64,000 bases of DNA from assembly GCA_017608505.1 (NCBI GenBank), contig JAFCFT010000003.1, positions 234-64,233 on the forward strand. Direction: 5' to 3'. This DNA comes from Candidatus Parvarchaeota archaeon (GTDB taxonomy: Archaea > Nanobdellota > Nanobdellia > WJKC01). Positions within the stretch are counted from its first letter, which is position 1; every line of letters begins with the position of its first letter. The notes beneath the pieces were generated by a model. It made no database searches, was not told the origin of the DNA, and saw only the letters and a program-made list of their open reading frames with translations. The position numbers and the translations under genes were made by a program. Shown one piece after another: positions 30,423 to 40,403 of this stretch.

Positions 30423-31043
30423 ATGTTCACGCAAAGGCACACTGCATATAAACTAACAATAAAAGACATAGTGAGCAACCCTTATGTGCAAAGGGAAGGA
30501 GAAGTTGATTATGTCAAAGTAGGCGACTTGCAAGTTGCCAGGGCAAGAATTTTAGCAACAATAGTAAACAAGATGACTTTTGATAACAAAAGCGGTTTTC
30601 TTGTTCTTGACGACGGAACAGAAACAATAAGGGTGCGCGCATGGGAAGACAACTTTGAATTAATTGACAATGCAGTAATTGGAGACCTAATAGAAGTCAT
30701 AGGACGCATAAGACAATACAATGATGAAGTGTACATGACTCCTGAAATCATAAAAAAAGCGACTCCAGACTTTTTTGTCTTAAGAAAGCTTGAATTAAGC
30801 AAAAAAAAGCCTGTTGTTAAAGAAAAAGAAGAGGAAAAAGAGAATGAAAATGAAAATCCATTTGGCAAAGACGAAATGTACGAGCTAATTAAAAAATTGG
30901 ACAAAGGAACTGGCGCAGAACTTAAAAGCATCATAGAAAAGTCAAAGCTTGACAAACAAGAATGCTTAAAAATCATTCGCGAGCTCATGGGTGACGGCTT
31001 AGTATTTGAACCAAAAGCAGAAAAATTCAAGGTTTTAGATTAA
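30423..31043 (+). CDS. RPA32-like OB-fold ssDNA-binding protein with C-terminal winged helix
   Basis: LDDGTETIRVRAW OB fold; C-terminal GLVFEPK. Confidence 0.85.
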   Translation: MFTQRHTAYKLTIKDIVSNPYVQREGEVDYVKVGDLQVARARILATIVNKMTFDNKSGFLVLDDGTETIRVRAWEDNFELIDNAVIGDLIEVIGRIRQYNDEVYMTPEIIKKATPDFFVLRKLELSKKKPVVKEKEEEKENENENPFGKDEMYELIKKLDKGTGAELKSIIEKSKLDKQECLKIIRELMGDGLVFEPKAEKFKVLD

Positions 31044-31091
31044 CGTAAGCCTTAGATAAACTTATAAGAGTTTAATGTTGTAATTTGAAAT

Positions 31092-31805
31092 ATGAAGAAA
31101 AAACTAATTCCTTCTTCTTTTGAGATCATTGAAGAAGCTGCTAAAAGCAATCCTAAAGCAGACATAAATGAAATACATTCAAAAACTTTTGAATTAATCA
31201 AAAAATATAGAAAAGAGTATTATAAAAATAAAGTTAATGCTTTTCTTTCTAGAAAAAGTTTAGCAGGCCTCTCAAAAAAAATAAAAATTAAAATAAAAAG
31301 AGAACTATTAAAACCAATAAAAGTTAAAGACAAAGAATATAGTAATTTTATGGAAGAAGCGTCAAGAAGAATTAGTCAGACGCTACAAGTTATTTCTGGT
31401 AATATAGCAGAATTATGTGTTGAAAGAGAATTAAAAAAAGCTGGATTAAAATTAGGCGTACATTATGTTAAAAGAGCAGAAAGGGCAGATTTCACAGTTT
31501 ATTATCCTCAAAAAGAGAATTTTAAGAAAAAACATAGAATTGAAGTAAAAAATGTCAAACTAAGAGAAAGGGGAACAAGAGGTTTGGCTTTTGATGGTGA
31601 TACAATGATAGGTTTTTTTAATCAACCTTCTGAATTTACTGCCTCTAACATTGAGATTATAGACAAACATTGTAAAAAAACAGGCGGATATTGTTATGTT
31701 CCTCCAAAAACTTTAAAATTAATCAAATATAAAAACACGAGATTTAAATCAAATACTAAATTTGCCAAAGACATGAAGAAGTTTGTTAAAAAAGGTTTTA
31801 TTTAA
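31092..31805 (+). CDS. Putative type II restriction endonuclease, PD-(D/E)xK fold
   Basis: SGNIAE...RADFTV...IEVKNVKLRER, convergent with a DNA MTase gene. Confidence 0.7.
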   Translation: MKKKLIPSSFEIIEEAAKSNPKADINEIHSKTFELIKKYRKEYYKNKVNAFLSRKSLAGLSKKIKIKIKRELLKPIKVKDKEYSNFMEEASRRISQTLQVISGNIAELCVERELKKAGLKLGVHYVKRAERADFTVYYPQKENFKKKHRIEVKNVKLRERGTRGLAFDGDTMIGFFNQPSEFTASNIEIIDKHCKKTGGYCYVPPKTLKLIKYKNTRFKSNTKFAKDMKKFVKKGFI

Positions 31806-32667
31806 GGGGTTTCCAAAAATCTAAAATATACTCAAAAGTGGTTCCTAGCGTAATATAGTTGCTTGGCCATCCAAATATGCCTGCGCCATTTATTAAATTT
31901 CTTCTATCCCATATTATAATATTTCTTAATTCATAACCTGCGTTGGTCATGGCTTCAATAACATAAATATGAAGAGGTATTCTTCTATTTTCCCACCACA
32001 AATCTGTTATATTAATAACGCAATGCGCTTTTGGTTTTAATAAAGGCAGGATTTTTTGGTAAATTTTCCCCAACTCTTTAGCATATTTTTTTGGTTCCAT
32101 AGTCCCTAAATCTCGCGGATTATTTGAATATTGTTGAATTTTTTTATATTGATCATTGTATCTTGCTTTTCCCATTAAGCTTTTGTTTAATCTAGGCCTA
32201 TTCAACATATTGGCGTAGGGAGGAGAAGTAACACACAAAGAAACTGTGTTTTTTTCTAAATAATCTGAAATATTTATAGCGTCATCGCATATTGCTATTT
32301 GTTTAGTATCGCATAGTGTTTGTTGAGACAACCTCTTTTTAGCAAAATCCACATACTCTTTTTTTAAATCAAACCCAACTGCATTTCTTCCTGTATCCTT
32401 TGCTGCAACTAAGGTAGTCCCAATACCCATAAAAGGATCTAACACTAATTCTCCTTTGTGTGTAAAAAGTTCTATGCATTTTTTAGGAAGTGCTATTGGA
32501 AAAACTGCAGGATGTATATTTTTATCTCTTATATCTCTGCTTTCGTAATAAAATTCCCAAATTGCAACTTGGTTTTTAAGCCATTCTTTTGCAGTTAAAC
32601 AATTAATATGATTTCGGCTACAATTACAAGTTTTTATATAATTTATATTTAATTTTTTACTTGTCAT
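31798..32667 (-). CDS. Amino (probably N4-cytosine) DNA methyltransferase with permuted motif order
   Basis: HPAVFP...LDPFMGIGTT (motif I) precedes TSPPY (motif IV). Start MTSKK at 32667. Confidence 0.9.
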   Translation of the reverse strand: MTSKKLNINYIKTCNCSRNHINCLTAKEWLKNQVAIWEFYYESRDIRDKNIHPAVFPIALPKKCIELFTHKGELVLDPFMGIGTTLVAAKDTGRNAVGFDLKKEYVDFAKKRLSQQTLCDTKQIAICDDAINISDYLEKNTVSLCVTSPPYANMLNRPRLNKSLMGKARYNDQYKKIQQYSNNPRDLGTMEPKKYAKELGKIYQKILPLLKPKAHCVINITDLWWENRRIPLHIYVIEAMTNAGYELRNIIIWDRRNLINGAGIFGWPSNYITLGTTFEYILDFWKPLK

Positions 32668-32812
32668 TTTTATTTCCTCGCATTTTTGGTTTATCCCAAT
32701 AAGGCGACTTACATTTTGGACATACAACAGGGACATCCTCTGTCCTTGTTATCCATTTATGATTACATCTTTCGCATTTGCATTCATAAACTTTAATTTC
32801 TTTTTTACTCAT
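32657..32812 (-). CDS. 51-aa zinc-ribbon microprotein
   Basis: Manual translation MSKKEIKVYECKCERCNHKWITRTEDVPVVCPKCKSPYWDKPKMRGNKNDK; overlaps the MTase start by 11 nt. Confidence 0.8.
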   Translation of the reverse strand: MSKKEIKVYECKCERCNHKWITRTEDVPVVCPKCKSPYWDKPKMRGNKNDK

Positions 32813-32922
32813 TATTTTATATAAAATTATTCTACTTTAAATATTTTATTATAGTTAAATACCACAATCAAGAACCTGTTGAAACACAAGCCTTAAAAAG
32901 CATTAATTGCATTCACAATTCT

Positions 32923-33342
32923 ATGGTTTGGAAATACTCTTACGAAGAACTGCTTAAAAGAGCAAGAAGTCAGCTGCCAGCAATAGTTTTTGAGAAAAAA
33001 AGATTTGAAGTTCCGCGAGTAAAAGGAATGATACAAGGCAATAGAACAATTGTTAACAACTTCAAGGCAATTGCAGATTATATTGCCAGAAAGCCGGAAC
33101 ATCTTATGAAATTCTTATTAAGAGAGCTTGCAACCCAAGGCATACTTGAGGGGCAAAGAGCAACATTTACAGGCAAATTCTCAAGCGCAATATTAAACGA
33201 AAAAATCAATAAATATGTTAATGAATTTGTCAAGTGCGGCGAATGCGGCAAACCAGACACAAAGTTAATTAAAGAAGGAAGACTAACATTCATGAAGTGC
33301 ATGGCATGCGGAAGCAAAAGACCTGTTAGGAGCATAAAATGA
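32923..33342 (+). CDS. eif2b: Translation initiation factor aIF-2 beta
   Basis: RTIVNNFKAIA, CGECGKPDT...CMACG. Confidence 0.95.
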   Translation: MVWKYSYEELLKRARSQLPAIVFEKKRFEVPRVKGMIQGNRTIVNNFKAIADYIARKPEHLMKFLLRELATQGILEGQRATFTGKFSSAILNEKINKYVNEFVKCGECGKPDTKLIKEGRLTFMKCMACGSKRPVRSIK

Positions 33343-33626
33343 TACTAAATGCAAAAGTTTCTGGAAAAGACTACTTAGTGTGCGTGTGTGACGAGAATTT
33401 GCTAGGCAAAACACTTGTAGAAGGAGATGTTGAAATTAAAATAAGCAGGCAATTTTACGGAGACAAAAAAGCAAGCGAAGAAGAAGTAATACAAGAGCTT
33501 AAAAAAGCAACAATAATAAATGCGTTTGGAGAAGAGTCAGTAAATGCCCTTAAAAAAGTTAAAGATATCTCAAGCACAATATACATCCAAGGAGTTCCTC
33601 ACGCGCAATGGGTAAAACTTTTTTAA
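33339..33626 (+). CDS. DUF424 family protein
   Basis: VCVCDENLLGK...FYG...IQGVPHAQ. Confidence 0.85.
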   Translation: MILNAKVSGKDYLVCVCDENLLGKTLVEGDVEIKISRQFYGDKKASEEEVIQELKKATIINAFGEESVNALKKVKDISSTIYIQGVPHAQWVKLF

Positions 33627-33650
33627 ATGCATACTAACTAAAGTTTCTTA

Positions 33651-33977
33651 ATGGATGAAGAAGAACAAGAGTTTCGCGAAGGAGAAGAACTAATTAGAGT
33701 CAGGCTCCCAAAAGGCAGGGAAGTCATAGGCATTGTTGTCAAACTGCTTGGAGCTGCCAGAATGGATGTTAGATGCGTTGACGGAAAAACAAGAAGATGC
33801 AGAGTTCCAGGCAGATTTAGGCGAAGGCTGTGGATTAAAGAAGGCAATTTAGTTATTGTTGAACCGTGGGAAATTGAAGGGAATACAAAAGGGGACATAG
33901 TATACAAATACAATAAAACTCAAGAAGGGTGGCTTAGGAAAAAAGGATATCTTCAAAAGCTTGAAGAAGAGTTCTAA
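33651..33977 (+). CDS. eif1a: Translation initiation factor aIF-1A
   Basis: [26 protein letters not shown]...KGDIVYKY. Confidence 0.95.
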   Translation: MDEEEQEFREGEELIRVRLPKGREVIGIVVKLLGAARMDVRCVDGKTRRCRVPGRFRRRLWIKEGNLVIVEPWEIEGNTKGDIVYKYNKTQEGWLRKKGYLQKLEEEF

Positions 33978-34052
33978 AACCGACGATATTTCGATGCACT
34001 ATTTATTGTTTCTTAACAATTAATTTAAAAAGAGAAATACAATACTAGCGAT

Positions 34053-34865
34053 ATGAAGACGCTGACACTAGATTTAACAAGCAAGTGCAACCTGAACTGC
34101 GAGTACTGCTACGTAAATAGAAAATTAAAAGACATGTCTTTAAAAAAAATAATCAAATTACTAAAACAAGGTGTTGAAAACGGCTTTACGCACTTAATAG
34201 TATCAGGCGGCGAGCCTTTATTAAGACGCGATTTAATAAAGATTTTAAAAACTGCAAAAGAATTGAAATACGCAATTAGATTAAATACTAATGGAACCCT
34301 AATAACAGATGATTTTTGTAAAAAAGTTAAGAACTTAGTTGATGTAATCCAAGTAACAATAGATGGGTCCAAAGACACTCATAACAAATTAAGAAGCAGA
34401 AGCTATGACAAAGCGCTTTTGGGCCTTAAAAAAATCATAAAACATGGCATTAAAGTCTGCGTTGCAACAGTATTATCAAAAGATACTTATAAAGAAATAC
34501 CACACACTATAAAATTGTGCGAAACACTGGGCGTTGACTATTACAGATTAATAAGATTAATACCGCATAAAAAAGAATTAAAAAGCAAAGTAGTCACTAA
34601 AAAAATGAACAAATTGCTAATCAAATACTTAAAAGCTCAAAATAAAGTCAAACCCAAAATATTCTATGAAGGCATATGCACAAACAACTGTCCTGCTGGC
34701 AAAGAGTACTTAGGAGTAAATCCTGACGGCTCAATAGTTCCATGCATCTTTTATCAGAAAATTATTGGCAAGAATTTTAAACAAGCGCAAAAAAGCGATG
34801 CCTTAAAAGAAATATTAAACAATCCTTGCAAAGGTTGCAAAGCGCTTGCATATTACGGAGGTTAA
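34053..34865 (+). CDS. Radical SAM enzyme with SPASM/twitch-like C-terminal domain
   Basis: CNLNCEYC, SGGEPLLR, NTNG, CPAGKEYLGVNPDGSIVPC, CKGC. Confidence 0.9.
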   Translation: MKTLTLDLTSKCNLNCEYCYVNRKLKDMSLKKIIKLLKQGVENGFTHLIVSGGEPLLRRDLIKILKTAKELKYAIRLNTNGTLITDDFCKKVKNLVDVIQVTIDGSKDTHNKLRSRSYDKALLGLKKIIKHGIKVCVATVLSKDTYKEIPHTIKLCETLGVDYYRLIRLIPHKKELKSKVVTKKMNKLLIKYLKAQNKVKPKIFYEGICTNNCPAGKEYLGVNPDGSIVPCIFYQKIIGKNFKQAQKSDALKEILNNPCKGCKALAYYGG

Positions 34866-34871
34866 GGCTTT

Positions 34872-35312
34872 ATGCAAAAATTAAAGACTAAAAAGAAATA
34901 TGACAATTTGTTTGAAGTGACAAAAGACGGCAAGCAGATATTGTGGCTTAATGAAGAACTGTCAAACAAAATAATAAATAATGACTTGTATAAAGCCTTG
35001 CTAACGCAGTTTCAGTATGACAATGGCATAGAAGTAAGACTTAATAACACATACAATGCGCATATCGAAGAAAAATCAAAGCCGCTAGAAATTGAATTAT
35101 TGCGCAACAACACTATTATTGAGGAGCTGCCGCTGAATGATATATATTCAAATTTTTATAAAAAAGCAACGCAAAACACAAGGTTTAGACCTTACAACGT
35201 AAGCTTTAACACATACAAAAACACCCCTTATCCAAAAAGCTCTAAAGCAAGCTACCAATCTTTGGGCGACATTTTCAAAAATTACAAAGGACTCTTTGGA
35301 TGTTGCAGTTAA
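34872..35312 (+). CDS. Hypothetical protein, probable partner of the radical SAM enzyme
   Basis: 146-aa ORF 6 nt downstream of the rSAM gene; ends GLFGCCS. Confidence 0.6.
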   Translation: MQKLKTKKKYDNLFEVTKDGKQILWLNEELSNKIINNDLYKALLTQFQYDNGIEVRLNNTYNAHIEEKSKPLEIELLRNNTIIEELPLNDIYSNFYKKATQNTRFRPYNVSFNTYKNTPYPKSSKASYQSLGDIFKNYKGLFGCCS

Positions 35313-35352
35313 ACCAAAAATAAGAAAATTAAAGACTTCCTAAAAATAATTC

Positions 35353-36063
35353 ATGGCTAGGAGAAGACCAAGAGAAGAATGGAAAGTAGAGCAAGGCGTA
35401 TTTGACAACACTACGCTGGACGCGCTTTACAAACTGTATCCAAAATACTTTGACAGGCTGCGATTTGTCATTAGCACTGGCAAAGAAGCAGATGTATACT
35501 TAGCCGAGCGCGGAGAAGAAAGGGTTGCAATAAAATTATATAGAATGGTGGCTCGTTCTTACAGAGATATTTACAAATACATTCAAGGAGACCCAAGATT
35601 TGAACATGTGCGCAACAGGATGCGCGATGTCATATTTGCGTGGGCAAAAAAAGAATACAAAAACTTAGAAAGAGCAATGCAGGCAGGCGTAAGGGTCCCA
35701 AAACCAATAGCTGTTGAAAAAAATGCTCTTGTAATGGAGTTCATAGGAGAAGATGACATGCCCGCAACAACAGCAAACAAACTTCCGCCAAAAGACCCTG
35801 CAACATGGCGCAGAAAAATCTATAAATGGGTCCAGGATCTATGGGATAAAGCCAATTTAGTGCATGGCGACTTAAATAAATTCAACATAATGAATTTTAA
35901 TGAGGAGCCAGTAATAATTGACATTAGTCAGGCTGTTTTAAAAGAGCATCCATTAAGCTTGGAATTGCTTAAAAGAGATGTTACAATAATAAGCAACTGG
36001 TTTAAAAAAATGGGTGCAGATGACGGAAGCCTAATAAAATGGCTTAAAGGCGTGATAAAATGA
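35353..36063 (+). CDS. rio1: Rio1 serine kinase
   Basis: ISTGKEADVY, WAKKEYKNL, LVHGDLNKFNI, IIDISQ. Confidence 0.93.
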   Translation: MARRRPREEWKVEQGVFDNTTLDALYKLYPKYFDRLRFVISTGKEADVYLAERGEERVAIKLYRMVARSYRDIYKYIQGDPRFEHVRNRMRDVIFAWAKKEYKNLERAMQAGVRVPKPIAVEKNALVMEFIGEDDMPATTANKLPPKDPATWRRKIYKWVQDLWDKANLVHGDLNKFNIMNFNEEPVIIDISQAVLKEHPLSLELLKRDVTIISNWFKKMGADDGSLIKWLKGVIK

Positions 36064-36593
36064 GTTATGAATATAAAGTATTAATTCCGAAAGAAAGGGT
36101 TGCAGTCCTTATTGGCGAAAAAGGAAGCACAAAAAAAATGATAGAAAAGCGAACTGGCACAAAATTAATTGTCAAAGAAGAAGAAGTAACAATAATAAGC
36201 GAAGATTCGTACAAAGGCTGGGTCACGCAATCTATAATAAAAGCAATTGGCAGAGGATTTAAGCCTACAAAAGCTTTAATGCTTCTAAATGAAGGCTATG
36301 AACTAGAAATAATAGAAATCATGGATTATGGAAATACAAAAAAAGACAAAGTAAGACTAAAAGGAAGAGTGATTGGAGAAGAAGGCAGGTCAAGAAAATT
36401 TATTGAAAGAGAAACAAGGTGTTTTGTAAGCGTTTATGGCAAGACAGTGAGCATCATAGGGCCCCAAGATAAAATAGGCATTGCAAAAAGGGCTGTTGAA
36501 ATGCTTTTAAGCGGAGCCCAGCACCATACAGTCTATAAATACATCGCAAAAAAGATGAAAGAAATGAAATTAAGAGAAATGGGGCTAATTTAA
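36060..36593 (+). CDS. KH-domain rRNA-processing protein (Dim2/Pno1/Krr1 family)
   Basis: RVAVLIGEKG, AIGRGF, RLKGRVIGEEG. Confidence 0.92.
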   Translation: MSYEYKVLIPKERVAVLIGEKGSTKKMIEKRTGTKLIVKEEEVTIISEDSYKGWVTQSIIKAIGRGFKPTKALMLLNEGYELEIIEIMDYGNTKKDKVRLKGRVIGEEGRSRKFIERETRCFVSVYGKTVSIIGPQDKIGIAKRAVEMLLSGAQHHTVYKYIAKKMKEMKLREMGLI

Positions 36594-36704
36594 GAGTTAA
36601 TTTTTAAAAATCTCTTTATTTTAATATTATTTTTGCAAAATATTTATTGTAGAATATCTATTTTTTCCAAAAACTTTAAAAATACTTGTTAATTCCCTTA
36701 ATTT

Positions 36705-38381
36705 ATGGCTGAAAAGACTATTGCAGAAGAATTGGCAAAAGAAATGAAACAAACTAGCGTAGCTGAATTTTTCGAAAGAAACAGACACTTATTAGGATTT
36801 GACTCTAAAATAAAAGCAATGCTTACCTGCGTCAAAGAGATTGTTGACAACGGCATTGACGCTTGCGAAGAAATGATATATGAGTGCAAAAGAAAAAGAA
36901 AAGACTACGTCCTCCCAGAAATCCACGTAAAAATAAGCAAAGCTGGCGAAGACAGATACACAATAAGAGTCATAGATAACGGCACAGGAATAGTCAAAGA
37001 GCAAATACCACATGTTTTTACCCGCCTCCTTTACGGCTCAAAATTCCATAAAAAGAAGCAAGGAAGGGGCCAGCAAGGAATAGGCGTCTCTGCAGCAGTG
37101 CTTTACTCCCAACTTACAACAGGAAAAGCAACTCATGTTGTTTCAAAAACAGGACCTGACAAGCCAGCCTACTTTTATGATTTGCGAATCGACACTTCAA
37201 AAAACAGGCCTGAAATAGTAAATGAAGGCGTTATTGAAAGATTCAAATGGGACCATGGAACCCAAGTCGAGCTTGAAATCCTTGGAACTTACCTTGCAAA
37301 AGGAGAAAAAAGCATTTACGAATACTTAAGAAGAACAAGCATAGTAAACCCTCATGTAAGAATCACATTCATAGACCCTGAAGGAAAAAAAGTAATTTTC
37401 CCAAGAACAAGCGAAAGCGTTCCTAAAGAGGCAAAATCCATCAAACCTCACCCATACGGAATCGAAGTTGGAGATTTTATAAGAATGGCTGCAACAACAA
37501 AAGCAAAAACAGCCCTTACATTCCTTACCCATGATTTCTCAAGAGTTGGCCCAAAAGTCGCAAAAGAAATTCTTGAAAAAGTCGGCGTAAATCCAAGATA
37601 CAAACCATCTCAAATCACTAGAGAACAAGCTGTCGAAATTGTGCGCATCATGCAAAACACGAAATTCATGGCCCCTCCGCTTGACTGCTTAAGCCCAATT
37701 GGAGAAGACGCTCTTCGCAAAAGCTTAAGAACAGAGCTTGACGCAGAATTTGTCACAACAGTAAGCAGAAGCCCTAGCGTATATAAAGGAAACCCTTTCT
37801 TAATCGAAGCTGCTATTGCATATGGAGGCAGTCTTCCAACAGACAAACAAGTAAAAATAATTAGATTCGCAAATAAAATGCCCCTTCAATACGACGCAGG
37901 TGCTTGCGCAATTACAGAAACAATATCAAATATTGATTGGAGGCGCTACGGACTATCTCAAACAGGAGGAAGAGGCATTCCAGTAGGTCCTGCAATATTT
38001 CTTGTCCACATGGCTTCAACATGGATCCCATACACGTCAGAAGGAAAAAGCGCAATTGCGCATTATGACGCAATAATGAAAGAAATGAGGCTTGCGCTTC
38101 AAGACTGCGCGCGCGATTTAAGGCGCTACTTATCAAGAAAACACAAAGCATTAAGACAGCAACAAAGAACTTCAACATTTATCAAATACTCTGAAGAATC
38201 TATAAAAGCGCTTGCTGAATTAACTGGAGAAAAAGAAGAAGTTATTAAAGAGATGTTTAACAAGTTAATTGAAGCAAAAACAGGAGGCGCGCCTCAAATA
38301 AGCGAGCCTGCTGCGCCTAAAGACGAAGACTTTGAAGAAATTGACAAATTCATAAAAGAGGAGGGTGAAGAAAATGAGTAA
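36705..38381 (+). CDS. top6B: DNA topoisomerase VI subunit B
   Basis: SVAEFFERN, KEIVDNGID, DNGTGI, RGQQGIGVS, RFANKMPL. Confidence 0.97.
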   Translation: MAEKTIAEELAKEMKQTSVAEFFERNRHLLGFDSKIKAMLTCVKEIVDNGIDACEEMIYECKRKRKDYVLPEIHVKISKAGEDRYTIRVIDNGTGIVKEQIPHVFTRLLYGSKFHKKKQGRGQQGIGVSAAVLYSQLTTGKATHVVSKTGPDKPAYFYDLRIDTSKNRPEIVNEGVIERFKWDHGTQVELEILGTYLAKGEKSIYEYLRRTSIVNPHVRITFIDPEGKKVIFPRTSESVPKEAKSIKPHPYGIEVGDFIRMAATTKAKTALTFLTHDFSRVGPKVAKEILEKVGVNPRYKPSQITREQAVEIVRIMQNTKFMAPPLDCLSPIGEDALRKSLRTELDAEFVTTVSRSPSVYKGNPFLIEAAIAYGGSLPTDKQVKIIRFANKMPLQYDAGACAITETISNIDWRRYGLSQTGGRGIPVGPAIFLVHMASTWIPYTSEGKSAIAHYDAIMKEMRLALQDCARDLRRYLSRKHKALRQQQRTSTFIKYSEESIKALAELTGEKEEVIKEMFNKLIEAKTGGAPQISEPAAPKDEDFEEIDKFIKEEGEENE

Positions 38382-39471
38382 AAAAACTAGAACTGAAGAA
38401 TTAGAAAAGCTTGCGCAGTTTGGAAAACAAGTATTAGAACAAATCAAAAAAATGGAAAATCCTCACATTCAAATCCCGCTACGAAGCCTTTCAAACACAA
38501 TTTTTGACGAAGATAAACAAATATTAAAACTTGGCAATAAAAAGCAAGTTAGGACTTATTTTAACACAGCGCACACAAAAAAATTCATGCAGACCCTGCT
38601 TATAGCCTCAGCTTGCAAAGAGTTAATAAAAAGCGGCAAAACAACAAGCATAAGGGACCTATTCTACATGACAAAACATACAATAGGCACAAGCAAAGAA
38701 AACACTTTTGAAGACCAAGAAGAAAGCAATGCAATCATAGAAGACTTAGAAGTCACAATAGACGCATTAAGAGAAAATCTTCATTTATTTGCAAGCACAA
38801 GGGGCGCAATGGTAGGCAATGCCACAATTGTCGACTCAGGCGACACCATTAATCTTAGAAAAATGGGTTCTGGAGGATGGGGAATCCCTTCAATTGTTGA
38901 AGAAGAAGTCATCCAATTCAAGAATGTAGAAGCAGAATTTGTATTGGTCGTAGAAAAAGACGCTATGTGGCGCAGGCTTAATGAAGACAAGTTCTGGAAA
39001 AAACACAACTGCCTTTTAATGCACGGCCAAGGAATGGCCCCGCGCGGAGTGCGCAGGCTGCTCTGGCGCTTAAATCACGAATTAAAACTCCCTGTTTATG
39101 TGTTTGTAGATAATGACCCTTGGGGATTTTACATATATTCTGTCTACAAACAAGGAAGCATTAACTTAGCATATGAAAGCAAAAGAATGGCAGTAACAGA
39201 CGCCAAATTCATAGGCCTCTCAAGCTTTGACCAAGAAAAATTCGACATCCCAGACAATGCCACAATCAAGCTCACTAAAACAGACATAGCACGCTGCCGC
39301 CAAATTCTTGAATATCCTTGGTTTCAGAAAAAATCATGGCAAAAGGAAATCAAGCACATGATGAAAAAAGGCGTAAAACTTGAATTAGAGGCATTAAGCA
39401 AAAAAGGCCTTGAATTCACAGCAAACACATACCTTCCGCAAAAAATAGAAAATAAAGACTGGCTTGAATAA
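38374..39471 (+). CDS. top6A: DNA topoisomerase VI subunit A
   Basis: SIRDLFY (catalytic Tyr), VVEKDA, DNDPWG, KLELEAL. Confidence 0.97.
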   Translation: MSKKTRTEELEKLAQFGKQVLEQIKKMENPHIQIPLRSLSNTIFDEDKQILKLGNKKQVRTYFNTAHTKKFMQTLLIASACKELIKSGKTTSIRDLFYMTKHTIGTSKENTFEDQEESNAIIEDLEVTIDALRENLHLFASTRGAMVGNATIVDSGDTINLRKMGSGGWGIPSIVEEEVIQFKNVEAEFVLVVEKDAMWRRLNEDKFWKKHNCLLMHGQGMAPRGVRRLLWRLNHELKLPVYVFVDNDPWGFYIYSVYKQGSINLAYESKRMAVTDAKFIGLSSFDQEKFDIPDNATIKLTKTDIARCRQILEYPWFQKKSWQKEIKHMMKKGVKLELEALSKKGLEFTANTYLPQKIENKDWLE

Positions 39472-39646
39472 AATTTTACATATTTAATTTAAAATAGCGC
39501 GTGCTTTGGAAAAAATTAAAGACTAAAAGAATAACATTAAGGCATTAGTTACTGCAATAGAATATTTAGGCAGCATAATGTTTATATTGCATTCAGACGA
39601 AAACAAAAAACATTTAAGTGGAATATAAATTTCTATGTTATTAAGT

Positions 39647-39756
39647 GCCCAGGTAGCTCAGTAGGTAGAGCGTCCGACTGTTACCCAACGCTGAACAGAA
39701 CATTACGGCGTTGGATTGATATCGGATGGTCGCAGGTTCGAGTCCTGTCCTGGGCG
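39647..39756 (+). tRNA. tRNA-Asn(GTT) with 37-nt intron at 37/38 (39684-39720)
   Basis: Acceptor GCCCAGG/CCTGGGC, anticodon stem TCCGA/TCGGA, T-loop TTCGAGT, relaxed BHB motif and intron hairpin CCAACGCTG/CGGCGTTGG. Confidence 0.93.
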
Positions 39757-39932
39757 CATTACTTTCTTTTAAATAATAATTTCAACTCACATAGTGGCGA
39801 TCATCAATGACTTAAAGATAATAAATGGGAAAAGTACAGATGTTATGAAAAGATATTAAAAACCTTGAAATTTGCAGAAAGTATTTATTCGTAAACGTAT
39901 TTAAATATTAATGTTAATAATTAGGTATCGCT

Positions 39933-40403
39933 ATGGTTCAGGCTGGAGTGCTTGGGGAGAGTAAAACAATTACGCCAGGCTCGTCTATTGATGAATTGCT
40001 TGACAAGTACTTAAGTAAATCTAAGTATGCTAAGAAGCTTAAGCCTGATGAGTTAGTTCGTAAGAAGAATAAATTATACAATTTACTCTTGGAGGTTGGC
40101 AAGACAAAACTAAAGGATGTTGAGGAAGTATTAAGTCTTTACCAGAGCATTCCTTTATGGCAGAATTCAAAGGACTTGCCAGATGATGCTAACTTGCTTG
40201 ACGCTGTGTTAAGGGAGGAGGAATGGGTTTACAAGCCAGACGCATTAGAATACTTGTTAGAGAAGTACAAAAAGGAAGGTGGAAAAGACTTCAGGATTAT
40301 TTTACATTACCATAACGGAGTCATTACTAGTGGAAGGCCTGATTATAAGACTAAATATTCTACTCTTAAGGCAGTGGCTAAGTACCTAGGAGATACATTA
40401 TAG
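39933..40403 (+). CDS. Hypothetical protein (island cargo)
   Basis: 156-aa ORF. Confidence 0.6.
   Translation: MVQAGVLGESKTITPGSSIDELLDKYLSKSKYAKKLKPDELVRKKNKLYNLLLEVGKTKLKDVEEVLSLYQSIPLWQNSKDLPDDANLLDAVLREEEWVYKPDALEYLLEKYKKEGGKDFRIILHYHNGVITSGRPDYKTKYSTLKAVAKYLGDTL

Noticed and set aside
31092..31805. Inferring the restriction site from CCGG avoidance
   Set aside because: CCGG does occur in the window (e.g. near 2035, 13124, 63373) and depletion cannot be quantified by eye; it needs a Markov-normalised k-mer count.
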